A DNA stretch of 63,183 nucleotides, filler included, from Chiloscyllium plagiosum (lineage: Eukaryota): NCBI RefSeq assembly GCF_004010195.1. It is 6 parts of 6 records of this genome, joined end to end, with 100 filler letters (N's around TTAATTAATTAA, not from the genome) between each part and the next. Parts side by side here need not be neighbours in the genome. Positions count along the whole stretch, not along the records: positions 52,613 to 57,317 come from NW_025196216.1; positions 57,418 to 61,924 come from NW_025195675.1; positions 62,025 to 63,183 come from NW_025133186.1; 3 more parts are not named here. One strand, 5' to 3'. The notes beneath the pieces were generated by a model, which did not search any database, had not been told where the DNA came from, and was given only the letters and a program-made list of their open reading frames with translations. The translations under genes were made by a program, and so were the position numbers. Position 1 is the first letter of the stretch; each line of letters begins with the position of its first letter. Below are positions 54,712-63,183 of this stretch, one piece after another.

Positions 54712-56004
54712 TGCGAGTTCATGAGTGGATTATTTTAATNNNNNNNNNNNNNNNNNNNNNNNNNNNNNNNNNNNNNNNNNNNNNNNNNNNNNNNNNNNNN
54801 NNNNNNNNNNNNNNNNNNNNNNNNNNNNNNNNNNNNNNNNNNNNNNNNNNNNNNNNNNNNNNNNNNNNNNNNNNNNNNNNNNNNNNNNNNNNNNNNNNNN
54901 NNNNNNNNNNNNNNNNNNNNNNNNNNNNNNNNNNNNNNNNNNNNNNNNNNNNNNNNNNNNNNNNNNNNNNNNNNNNNNNNNNNNNNNNNNNNNNNNNNNN
55001 NNNNNNNNNNNNNNNNNNNNNNNNNNNNNNNNNNNNNNNNNNNNNNNNNNNNNNNNNNNNNNNNNNNNNNNNNNNNNNNNNNNNNNNNNNNNNNNNNNNN
55101 NNNNNNNNNNNNNNNNNNNNNNNNNNNNNNNNNNNNNNNNNNNNNNNNNNNNNNNNNNNNNNNNNNNNNNNNNNNNNNNNNNNNNNNNNNNNNNNNNNNN
55201 NNNNNNNNNNNNNNNNNNNNNNNNNNNNNNNNNNNNNNNNNNNNNNNNNNNNNNNNNNNNNNNNNNNNNNNNNNNNNNNNNNNNNNNNNNNNNNNNNNNN
55301 NNNNNNNNNNNNNNNNNNNNNNNNNNNNNNNNNNNNNNNNNNNNNNNNNNNNNNNNNNNNNNNNNNNNNNNNNNNNNNNNNNNNNNNNNNNNNNNNNNNN
55401 NNNNNNNNNNNNNNNNNNNNNNNNNNNNNNNNNNNNNNNNNNNNNNNNNNNNNNNNNNNNNNNNNNNNNNNNNNNNNNNNNNNNNNNNNNNNNNNNNNNN
55501 NNNNNNNNNNNNNNNNNNNNNNNNNNNNNNNNNNNNNNNNNNNNNNNNNNNNNNNNNNNNNNNNNNNNNNNNNNNNNNNNNCACATTATAATTTTAAGTT
55601 AGTTTCAATTACATAATCTGATCAATTCTGCAGTTTCAGATTTTAGTCCCAAATTTTATTTTGAATGAGGCTACTCAAAACAAAATTCAGTTAGTTTACA
55701 ATTAGAACTGAGTTTTTTTTTAAAAAGTCAATGCATTAAAAACTCGTTTTTTTCATTTCTCACACTTCCGGGTTTCTGCCTTAAGTTGTTTTTCAGACCG
55801 TTACAAATGGATGTAATGTTTTCAATCAAGCAGAGAAAAATGTGTCATATAAGTTTAACAAATGCAGAAATGATTCATGAAAAACCAAAGAACTTCACAA
55901 ATATTGGTAATGAAAAGTAATCCAGAGAGTTAATCTCCTCACCAGAAAGAAAACACCGATTACAGAAAGCATGAAAACGCTGATCAATTTCACAAACTGA
56001 ATAA

Positions 56005-56295
56005 GATCCAATCAACTCAATTCAACAGAATCAAGGAAAATAAAATCAGAATCCAATCAACTCAGAACAACAGATTTGAATGAAACATAATCAAAATCCA
56101 AACAATTCAATTCAACAGAATCAAATAAAACAATTTCAAAAGCCAATCAACACAATTCAACAAAACCAAGTAAAAACAAAGTCAGAATCCAATAAACACA
56201 GTTCAAACCGAACCAACTAAAACAAAGCCAAAATCCAATCAACTCAATTCAACATAATCAAGTAAAACAAACTCAGAATCTAATCAACAGAATGC
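56005..56295. repeat. Degenerate ~45-46-bp tandem repeat built from pentamers (AATCC/AATCA/ACTCA/ATTCA...)
   Basis: ATCCAATC-like anchors at ~56006, 56051, 56096, 56141, 56187, 56233 and 56278. Confidence 0.8.
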
Positions 56296-56794
56296 AATAT
56301 AGCACCGCAAGAAAAGTTTATGACAGTCTCTAACCTGCTTGTCATCAACTAATTAACGAAATAAATGCGAAAATATAATCAGGGTAAGAACATATATTCA
56401 AGAAATTAATAATGATATTTTAGCATATTTTAATCATGTTTAGTAATGTCTCGAACATCTTTGATTTCTTCGCGTTTGTTGTTGATAATAAAACTCACAG
56501 TCACTGACATTAACCATTATTTATAGCTGACTGATTAAGAGACATTAGGTGTTTTAAGTAACCCAGCCACACAGAATGCCCATCTGATCAAAAAGAGATT
56601 CACCGAGCAACTGACTCCATCATCCCCATTGTAACTATTTGCTGAGCCTTAACTGAAGTCTGTAATCAGTCTGAACAAAAATCAATCCGAACCAAACCAA
56701 ACTCAGCACAGAATCTGAGTTTCATTTAATTCAGAAATTAGTCACATGAATAGAAAGTTTTTAAAAAGTCACTAAGAAAATTCAAGGGTCTTAC

Positions 56795-56850
56795 CTGAAG
56801 TCACTGTCACCATGGTCCCTTGGCCCCAGTAATCAAGATCGTAGTTATAT
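56795..56850 (-). CDS. IGHJ: IgH JH segment, apparently pre-joined to a D2 remnant (DJ)
   Basis: A TAT AAC TAC GAT CTT GAT TAC TGG GGC CAA GGG ACC ATG GTG ACA GTG ACT TCA G|GTAAG = YNYDLDYWGQGTMVTVTS, with WGxG motif and donor. Confidence 0.92.
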
Positions 56851-56878
56851 CACTGTGAGACACGTTCTGTCAAATACT
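56851..56878 (+). other. 12-spacer RSS 5' of the (D)J segment
   Basis: CACTGTG + AGACACGTTCTG (12 bp) + TCAAATACT, directly abutting the coding end. Confidence 0.75.
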
Positions 56879-57179
56879 ATTACAGACTGTAAACTGTAAA
56901 ATGCAGAGAATTTCTTCACTTCCTAGAAAGCAGTGATTCAGACTCCTCTAAAAATGATTCAGTGTGTTATTTCAGCTTTTACGATCCATTGTATTTTGAA
57001 AGCTTGGAATACTTTTCCAGGTTTGGTCTGCATTTAACTTGACAATCAACACTAAGAAGGTAGAACAATTATACATTTGTACAAACTAGCACTACTGGAT
57101 TGCGTTTAAATTGCATCTCACATTATTTCTCGCTCCTGCCATGGTAGAAATCACCAATTTGAGACAAACACTTGTCAGT

Positions 57180-57217
57180 GGTTTTTGTATGAGGATGTTG
57201 CTGTGCACAACACTGTG
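57180..57217 (-). other. 22-spacer RSS 3' of the V(D) segment
   Basis: CACAGTG + TTGTGCACAGCAACATCCTCAT (22 bp) + ACAAAAACC; consensus heptamer and nonamer. Confidence 0.93.
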
Positions 57218-57228
57218 ACCCACTGTAG
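57218..57228 (-). CDS. IGHD: D1-like remnant fused to the VH end
   Basis: CTACAGTGGGT lies between TGT GCA AGA and the heptamer. It matches my recollection of the shark IgM D1 core (TACTACAGTGGGT) and carries the 22-RSS typical of the D1 3' side. Confidence 0.7.
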
Positions 57229-57317
57229 TCTTGCACAGTAATAGATGGCGGTGTCTTCGATCTTCAGGTTCTCCATGTCCAACACGAAAATGTTGTTTGA
57301 AGTGTCTTTGGACGCAG
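57229..57317 (-). CDS. IGHV: IgH VH segment, FR3 end only (IgM-type; 5' part lost at the join)
   Basis: [29 protein letters not shown]. Confidence 0.92.
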
Positions 57318-57417
57318 NNNNNNNNNNNNNNNNNNNNNNNNNNNNNNNNNNNNNNNNNNNNTTAATTAATTAANNNNNNNNNNNNNNNNNNNNNNNNNNN
57401 NNNNNNNNNNNNNNNNN
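57318..57417. other. Artificial 100-bp join
   Basis: 44N-TTAATTAATTAA-44N. Confidence 0.97.
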
Positions 57418-59655
57418 TATTTCAGGTCAGTATTTATTGGGGAGAAAGCTAGGGAATTTGGAAAAATAGTGATGTCGTGAAAAGAGATCACACACAAATG
57501 AGGAGACGCAAAAGATCTTAAAACACATAAAGGTAGGGAAAACTATGGAAGAGATTGCTGGGCCCCTTGCTGAGATATGTGTATCACTGACAACTATGGG
57601 TAAGGTGCTGGAGAACCAGAGAGGTTGGCTAATGTTATGCCATTATTTGAGAAAGACTGTAAGGAAAAGCCAGGGAATTGTAGACCAGTGAGCCTGATGT
57701 CAGTGCTGGGTAAGATGTTGGAGTGGATTCTGTGGGATAGGATTTACATTCTTTGGATAATCAATGTGGTTTTATGCATAGGAATTCATGTCTCCTGAAT
57801 TTGATTGAGGAGGTGACAAAAGAAGATTGATGAAGACAGAACAGTAAACATTGTCTATATGGACTTTAGTAAAGTGTTTGACAAGGTTCCACATGATGGA
57901 CTGGTTAGTAAGGTTAGACCACATGGGATCCGGGGGAGTGAGCCACTGGGGTAAAAAAATTGGATTGAAGATAGGAGACAGACAGTGATGTTTAAAAGGT
58001 TGCTTTTCAGACTGGAGATCTGTGAATAGCTGTGTGCCACAAGCATTGGTGATGGTTTCACTGCTTTTGTCATTTAAAGAAATGATTTGGATGTGAATAT
58101 AAGAGTTACAGTAAGTTTGTAGATGACATCAAAATTGGCAGGACAGTGGATAGTGAAGAAATTCATCTCAGGGTACAGTGGGACCCTGATCAGATGGGGC
58201 AATGGGCAGAGGTGTGGCAAATGGAGTTCAGTTTAGTAAATGTGAGATGTTGCATTTTGGAAAGACAAACCGGGGCAGGACGTATACAGTTAATGGTAGG
58301 GCCCTGTGGAGTGTTGCTGAACAAAGAGATTTAGGGGTGAAGATGCAGGTGCATTATTCCTTGAAAGTGGGGTCACAGGTAGACAGGTTGATGAAGAAGG
58401 TGTTGGGTATGCTTGCCTTTATTGGTCACTGCATCGAGTACAGGAGTTGGGACATCATGTTGCAGCTGTATAGGAGATTGGTGAGGCCACTTTGGGAATA
58501 ATGTGAACAATTCTGATCACGCTGCGATAAGAAGGATGCTGTTAAACTTAAAAAGCTGCAGAAAATATTTACAAAGACATGGCCAGGAATTGGAGGGTTT
58601 GAGCGACAGGGAAAGGCTGAAGAAACTGGGACTATTTTTCCTGCAGCATCTAAGGCCGAGGGGTGACCTTATAAATGTTTATAAAATCATGAGGGGCATA
58701 GACAGGGTGTATATCCAAGGTCTTTTCCTTGGGAAAGGGATTCCAAAACAAGAGGGTATAGGCTTAAGGTGAGAGGGAAAAGATTCAAAAGGGACCTGAG
58801 GGGTAACTTGTCACACAGAGGGTGGTATGTGTATGGATCGAGCTGCCAGAGAAAGTGTTGGAGGCGGATACAATTACAGCATTTAAAACACATTGGGATG
58901 GGTACATAGCTAGGAAGGTTTTCGAGGGATGTAAGTTAAATGCTGGTTAATAGGATGAGGTCAGTTTAGGATATCTGGTTATCATGGACAAGTTGGACTG
59001 AAAGGTATGTTTCCACGTTGTATGACTCCATGACGATGAGGGGCTGGAAAAGCTGAGACTTTTTACTCTGACGCGTAAGAGTCTGAGGAGTGACTTATAA
59101 ACCTTATAGAGGTTTATAAGACCATGAGGGTCATAGATAATGTGAATAATTCAGGAAGGAGGTGACATTTTGTAGAAATGGCAAAAAATATTTCCAAAGA
59201 TTATTCCAGGGATGAGGAACATCAGTTATACAGATTGATTGGAGAATTTGGGACTGTCTTCTTTGGAGAAGGCTGAGAGATTTATTTGAGGAATTAAAAG
59301 CAGGAGGGGCCTGGATACAGTAAATAGGGAGAAAATGTTCCCAATTGAGAAAGGATTGAGACTGAGAGACCACAGATTGAAAGTAATTGGGAAAAGTAAC
59401 AAAGTGAGGTGGGGAACAACATGTTCAGCCAGCGAGTGGTTAAGGTGTGGAATGCACTGCCTGAGAGTGTGGTGGAGGCAGCTTCAATTGAAACATTCCG
59501 AAGGGAATGAGACTATTATTTGAAATGGAACAATGTGCAGGGTGACAGGGAGAAGGCAGGAGAATGACACTCAGTGAATTGCTCATTCAGAGAGCCAGTA
59601 CAGACAGGATGGGTAGAATGGCCTCCGTGTGCGCTGTAACAATTCTGTGATTTTG
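57418..59655 (+). mobile_element. CR1 LINE decayed ORF2 and 3' end, plus further CR1 fragments
   Basis: DFSKVFDKVPH, W...WQMEF, KCEMLHFG, LQLYRRLVRP and RGDLINVYKIM motifs. Confidence 0.88.
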
Positions 59656-60100
59656 TGATTGAGCAGAGTTAAAACTGGGGGAGGTGGGAGCTCGGTGTCT
59701 CACTGTGCTGCTGCTGCTGCTGCTGCTCAGGTCAGTGAGATCAGAGACTGGGACAGGGAGCCAGAGCTCACATCAAACTCTGCCCGTGTCTGTCACACTG
59801 AGACTGGCAGGAGGCTACTCACTGATTTCACTCCATGCTGCAGGAATGGGACCACAGGCTGCAAATGGACAGAGCTCCTCCACACGGTGAGTAAAACTTA
59901 CTGACTTAGATCTTGTTTTTTAAAGGGAGCAATGGAACTAAAGAAATACAGCTGGACACCCTGTTAGACACAGTGCTCCTCAATCAACCATTTCATTCAC
60001 TGCAGCTCCCCACTAACACCTTCAACAATTCAGCATTTGTGTTTTAAAAAGTTGCTTCAGTACTGTAAGGGTTAATAACGGAGGATTGAGGTTTACTTAC

Positions 60101-60135
60101 TCAGTCTGAGCTTGGTTCCTTGACCGAATGTAAGC
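60101..60135 (-). CDS. IGKJ: Ig light chain J segment (kappa-type)
   Basis: G CTT ACA TTC GGT CAA GGA ACC AAG CTC AGA CTG A|GTAAGT = LTFGQGTKLRL; phase 1, compatible with the C exon. Confidence 0.95.
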
Positions 60136-60174
60136 CACAGTGAACGCTCTCAGTGCAGAGGCTGTACAAAAACC
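60136..60174 (+). other. 23-spacer RSS of JL
   Basis: CACAGTG + 23 bp + ACAAAAACC, consensus. Confidence 0.96.
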
Positions 60175-60597
60175 TCTGCTCTCTGCTTCCCCCCATCACT
60201 CTCAATCTCTCCCTGTCTCAGTCTCTCATTCACTCTCACCCTCTTTCTGGCCCTCTCTTTCTCTCCCTCATTCATGTGTCTTTCTGTCTCTGTCTCTCTG
60301 TGTCCAGCTGGGCTTGGGAGTTTTGTGAAATTTATTTTTCGATGTTAAATCTTGCAGCTGCTCTTCAAGCGTGGCCATAAGGGCTAAAAGGGAAACTTGA
60401 AGCCTTCAGTGAGCAGTGGACACCACAGGGACTGGAGTGTGTAGTGGACAGTGACAATCCCAGTATGGAGTAATTTGTTCAGTTTCATTTGCATCTAGCT
60501 GTGGATGTGCCAGTTCAGGTGGTGGGACTGTGTCCATTATCATACATTTATATAACTGGGGATGTGTCAGTACAGGAGGTGATGCTGTGTGTATTGA

Positions 60598-60625
60598 GGT
60601 TTTTGTATGGCTCTGTATCACTGTG
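60598..60625 (-). other. 12-spacer RSS of VL
   Basis: CACAGTG + ATACAGAGCCAT + ACAAAAACC. V12/J23 is the kappa configuration. Confidence 0.96.
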
Positions 60626-60906
60626 TAGAGCAGAGCTGCTATACCAGTTGTTCTGACAGTAATAGTCAGCGACATCCTCATTCTGAACGTTGCTGATTGT
60701 CAGGGTTGCCGGTGAATCGATCGGAGACTCCTGTGAATCGATCTTTTGCTTCATAGATCAGGAGGGTTTCTGACCTTCTCGCTGCTGGTACCATGCAATA
60801 TTATTGCTAATGCTTTGACTGGCCGTACAGGTGATGGTTGCGGTCTGGCCCAGTCCCTCTGACAGCACCGGGGGAGACTGGGTCATGGTGATGTCCCCAC
60901 TGATAC
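60626..60906 (-). pseudogene. IGKV: Kappa-type VL exon, pseudogene (deletions and in-frame stop)
   Basis: [49 protein letters not shown] (TGA at 60760-60758). The [18 protein letters not shown] block is frameshifted, SGSGTxF is missing, and TLTISNVQNEDVADYYCQ resumes in the original frame. Confidence 0.9.
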
Positions 60907-61092
60907 CTGAGGGGTCAGAGAGAAACACAGTGAAGTCAGAACTGTCACAGAAAGAGCCTGTCAAATGAGAGATTGTTGGAGACACTGAGCATTCCTCTGG
61001 TTTCAGCATTTTCCCTTCAATCACAAGTCAGTGGAACTGGAGTGAAATGGAGAGCAGCTAAAGATTCAAGGTGGAAGGAGAGAGTTTTGTAC

Positions 61093-61141
61093 CTGCGACA
61101 CAGAATGCCAGGGGCCAGATCAGCTGGATGTGTGAAATCAT
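61093..61141 (-). pseudogene. IGKV: Leader exon of the kappa VL
   Basis: ATG..MISHIQLIWPLAFCVA G|GTAC, 49 bp, phase 1, followed by a short intron to the CAG acceptor at 60907-8. Confidence 0.88.
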
Positions 61142-61201
61142 GGTATGTGCTCCTGTCCCTGCGCCTGGTTCCTGATAAACTCTCCCTTCACTGGGCTCTG
61201 C

Positions 61202-61281
61202 TTTATAAAGCTGCAGCCTGTGAGAGTCTGACTGGGTGTTCCTCAGTATGTAAATGGCATCAGGCAGAGAGAGCCACGTCA
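61202..61281 (-). promoter_or_regulatory. VL promoter: TATA (61202-61210), variant octamer ATTTACAT (61248-61255), CRE-like TGACGTGG (61274-61281)
   Basis: Motifs lie 60-140 bp upstream of the leader ATG, in the positions expected for Ig light-chain promoters; the octamer has one mismatch to ATTTGCAT. Confidence 0.65.
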
Positions 61282-61924
61282 GCCCCTCACACTTCCTCTT
61301 CTCTCTCTCTTGTCCTTCCTTTTCATACTTCCTTTCTCCCTTTTCCCTTTTTTTCTCTTTCTCACCTTTCTCTTGTATATATTTCTGTTATTCGTTGACT
61401 TTCTCCCTCTTTTTCTATTTCCGTCTCTGACTCTGTCCTCTCCCAATTACATAACCACTTTTATCTTTCCCTTTTTCCATGTATGTTTGACACTCTGTTT
61501 ATCTCCATTTCATTCTGTGTTTGTTGGTTTCTCTCTCTCTTTCTTATCATTCATTCTTCTCCTTCACATATCTTTCTACCTAATTCCTCACTCGTTCTCT
61601 CCTTATACCCTCAATCTCTAATTGCCTCACTCTCTCTTTGTCTGTCTCCCTCCCTCCGGTCACTCTCTAACTGATCTCAATAACAGGCATTATTCCAGGA
61701 CATTGGAACAGTGAGACCTGGGACAGCAATTAAATGCCTCGCCCTCTCTCACTCAATCTCACAATGTACACTCTCTTTCTCTCTCTCTCTCTCTCTCTCT
61801 GTCTTCTGTCTCTCTCTCAACCAGAAGCACAATGACATGAACAGTATTTAACAAGTCTGTACTGGGCATCAATGATCTCACAACACCAATCCCAGCTTGG
61901 CATTGGGGGAGAGGATCAGCCATG

Positions 61925-62024
61925 NNNNNNNNNNNNNNNNNNNNNNNNNNNNNNNNNNNNNNNNNNNNTTAATTAATTAANNNNNNNNNNNNNNNNNNNN
62001 NNNNNNNNNNNNNNNNNNNNNNNN
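61925..62024. other. Artificial 100-bp join
   Basis: 44N-TTAATTAATTAA-44N. Confidence 0.97.
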
Positions 62025-62498
62025 TGTCAGAATTGCGACAGAAGCAACACTCTGTACAGCACATCCCCGCCCCCATCATTTTCTACCTTTCCCTGTCTCG
62101 CCTGAAGTCACTAAATCCTGGAATATTGAATAGCCACTCCTGCCCGGCTCTCAATATGTCTCCGTGATAGCAACGGCATCATATCTTCATTTATGCCAGT
62201 AATTCGTCTGCCTTGTTCATCCGACTCTGTCATTAAAACGAATACCATCCAACGTTGCTATCTCCCTTCTGACGTTACCGGCCTATAGTTTCTCTGCCTC
62301 CTTGACTCCCTTGCTGTGTCCTCTAACTTTAGCCTTTCACATTGTCCTGCTGATCTTTCTGTGTGGATCCCAGCTTCTCCAGCACTCTGCACAATTATGA
62401 TTCCTGTGTCCATTAACCAAAAGAAACCTTGATATATGAGAACGGATTGTATTTGTTATGAAATTCGTCAGATAATATATGTGATGTGTTTCCTAAAG

Positions 62499-62810
62499 GT
62501 CCAGATATTCTCCCACCAACCCTTCTCCTAACTGTGAGCTCCAGTGAAGAAATCGCAAGCAGCAAGTTTGCAACCGTCATCTGTTCAATCATCGAGTTCC
62601 ATCCGAAGTCAATCTCCGTGAGTTGGTTGAAAAATGGCCGACCCTTGGATTCTGGCTTCTTCACGTCTCCCGTGTGTGAGGCAAACGGGAACTTCTCGGT
62701 GACGAGTCGGCTGATGGTCCCTTATGGTGAATGGTATAACAGTGCGGTCTATACCTGCCACGTCACTCATGGAGAGAACACTCAAAGTAAAAACATCACC
62801 GCACTCCAGG
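62499..62810 (+). CDS. IGHM: IgM heavy chain Cmu2-like exon (open frame, defective splice donor)
   Basis: TTTCCTAAAG acceptor, 312 bp. [80 protein letters not shown] matches the shark Cmu2 pattern as I recall it. Ends CAG G|ATAAGA instead of G|GTAAGA. Confidence 0.82.
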
Positions 62811-63183
62811 ATAAGAGACACAGACTGAGAGAGCTACAAATCATTCTGAACTCTGATGTGACTCAAACACACTAATTTATCAGGCATAGTAAACAGCACG
62901 GTACAGCTTCTCATTTCCAAACATGCCACGTATCTCATTTCAGTCTGAGTGATACATTAGCATTGCTCATAATTCAACCTTTTGGCAAGTCAGAAAAGCA
63001 GGTTTCCTCTCTGTTGAAGATAGATATATAGACAGTGAGCTTTGTTAAATAGTTTGTTGCCTGACCATGCTGGGAGAGGCATTCAGAGTGCTGAATGCTT
63101 GCCTGGTAGCTGCTTCAAGGATAAGTTTCGGGTGGAGGGGGGGTACTGGAGAGATATGTGATTGAAACATAGAAAATACTGAG

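Noticed and set aside
54672-55616. Long ORFs in the ORF track
   Set aside because: Artefacts of translating an N gap (54740-55581).
57221-57227. TACAGTG as the V heptamer
   Set aside because: The distance to the nonamer would be 32 bp; the adjacent CACAGTG gives a proper 22-bp spacer.
59684-59890. Signal-peptide-like ORF with poly-Leu and a GTGAGT donor
   Set aside because: No ATG start, the Leu run comes from a CTG microsatellite, and it is antisense within the kappa J-C intron.
59895-59976. Possible relic second JL (AACAAGATCTAAGTCA|GTAAGT)
   Set aside because: No FGxG motif and no properly placed heptamer-nonamer.

Overview
Eukaryotic, repeat-rich genomic DNA from a cartilaginous fish (shark), judged from HE1/V-SINE copies, CR1 LINEs, Penelope-like elements and cluster-type Ig genes. 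The window is not one contiguous locus. Five identical 100-bp spacers (44 N + TTAATTAATTAA + 44 N) split it into six segments. Segment 1 (1-18154): a 4.2-kb 38-bp minisatellite with an exact 17-unit higher-order period, SINE-derived 53-bp arrays, and two phase-1 exons (IgV + IgC) of a B7-family, ICOSL-like gene. Segment 2 (18255-48809): AT-rich, apparently CpG-undepleted DNA with old repeats and unidentified exon-like or decayed coding pieces. Segment 3 (48910-52512): an intact kappa-type (NS4-like) Ig light-chain C exon, minus strand. Segment 4 (52613-57317): an IgH (IgM-type) cluster on the minus strand that appears partly pre-rearranged, with V fused to D1 and D2 fused to J, leaving one 22/12 RSS pair. 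A blunt join would give an in-frame CARLQWVYNYDLDYWGQG. Segment 5 (57418-61924): a kappa-type leader-V-J cluster with perfect RSSs but a pseudogenised V. Segment 6 (62025-63183): an IgM Cmu2-like exon whose 5' splice donor is GT>AT mutated. The best leads are the VD-DJ pre-joined IgH cluster, the donor-dead Cmu2 exon and the Cys-rich shark B7/ICOSL-like gene. Family assignments come from recalled motifs, not database searches, and repeat boundaries are approximate.
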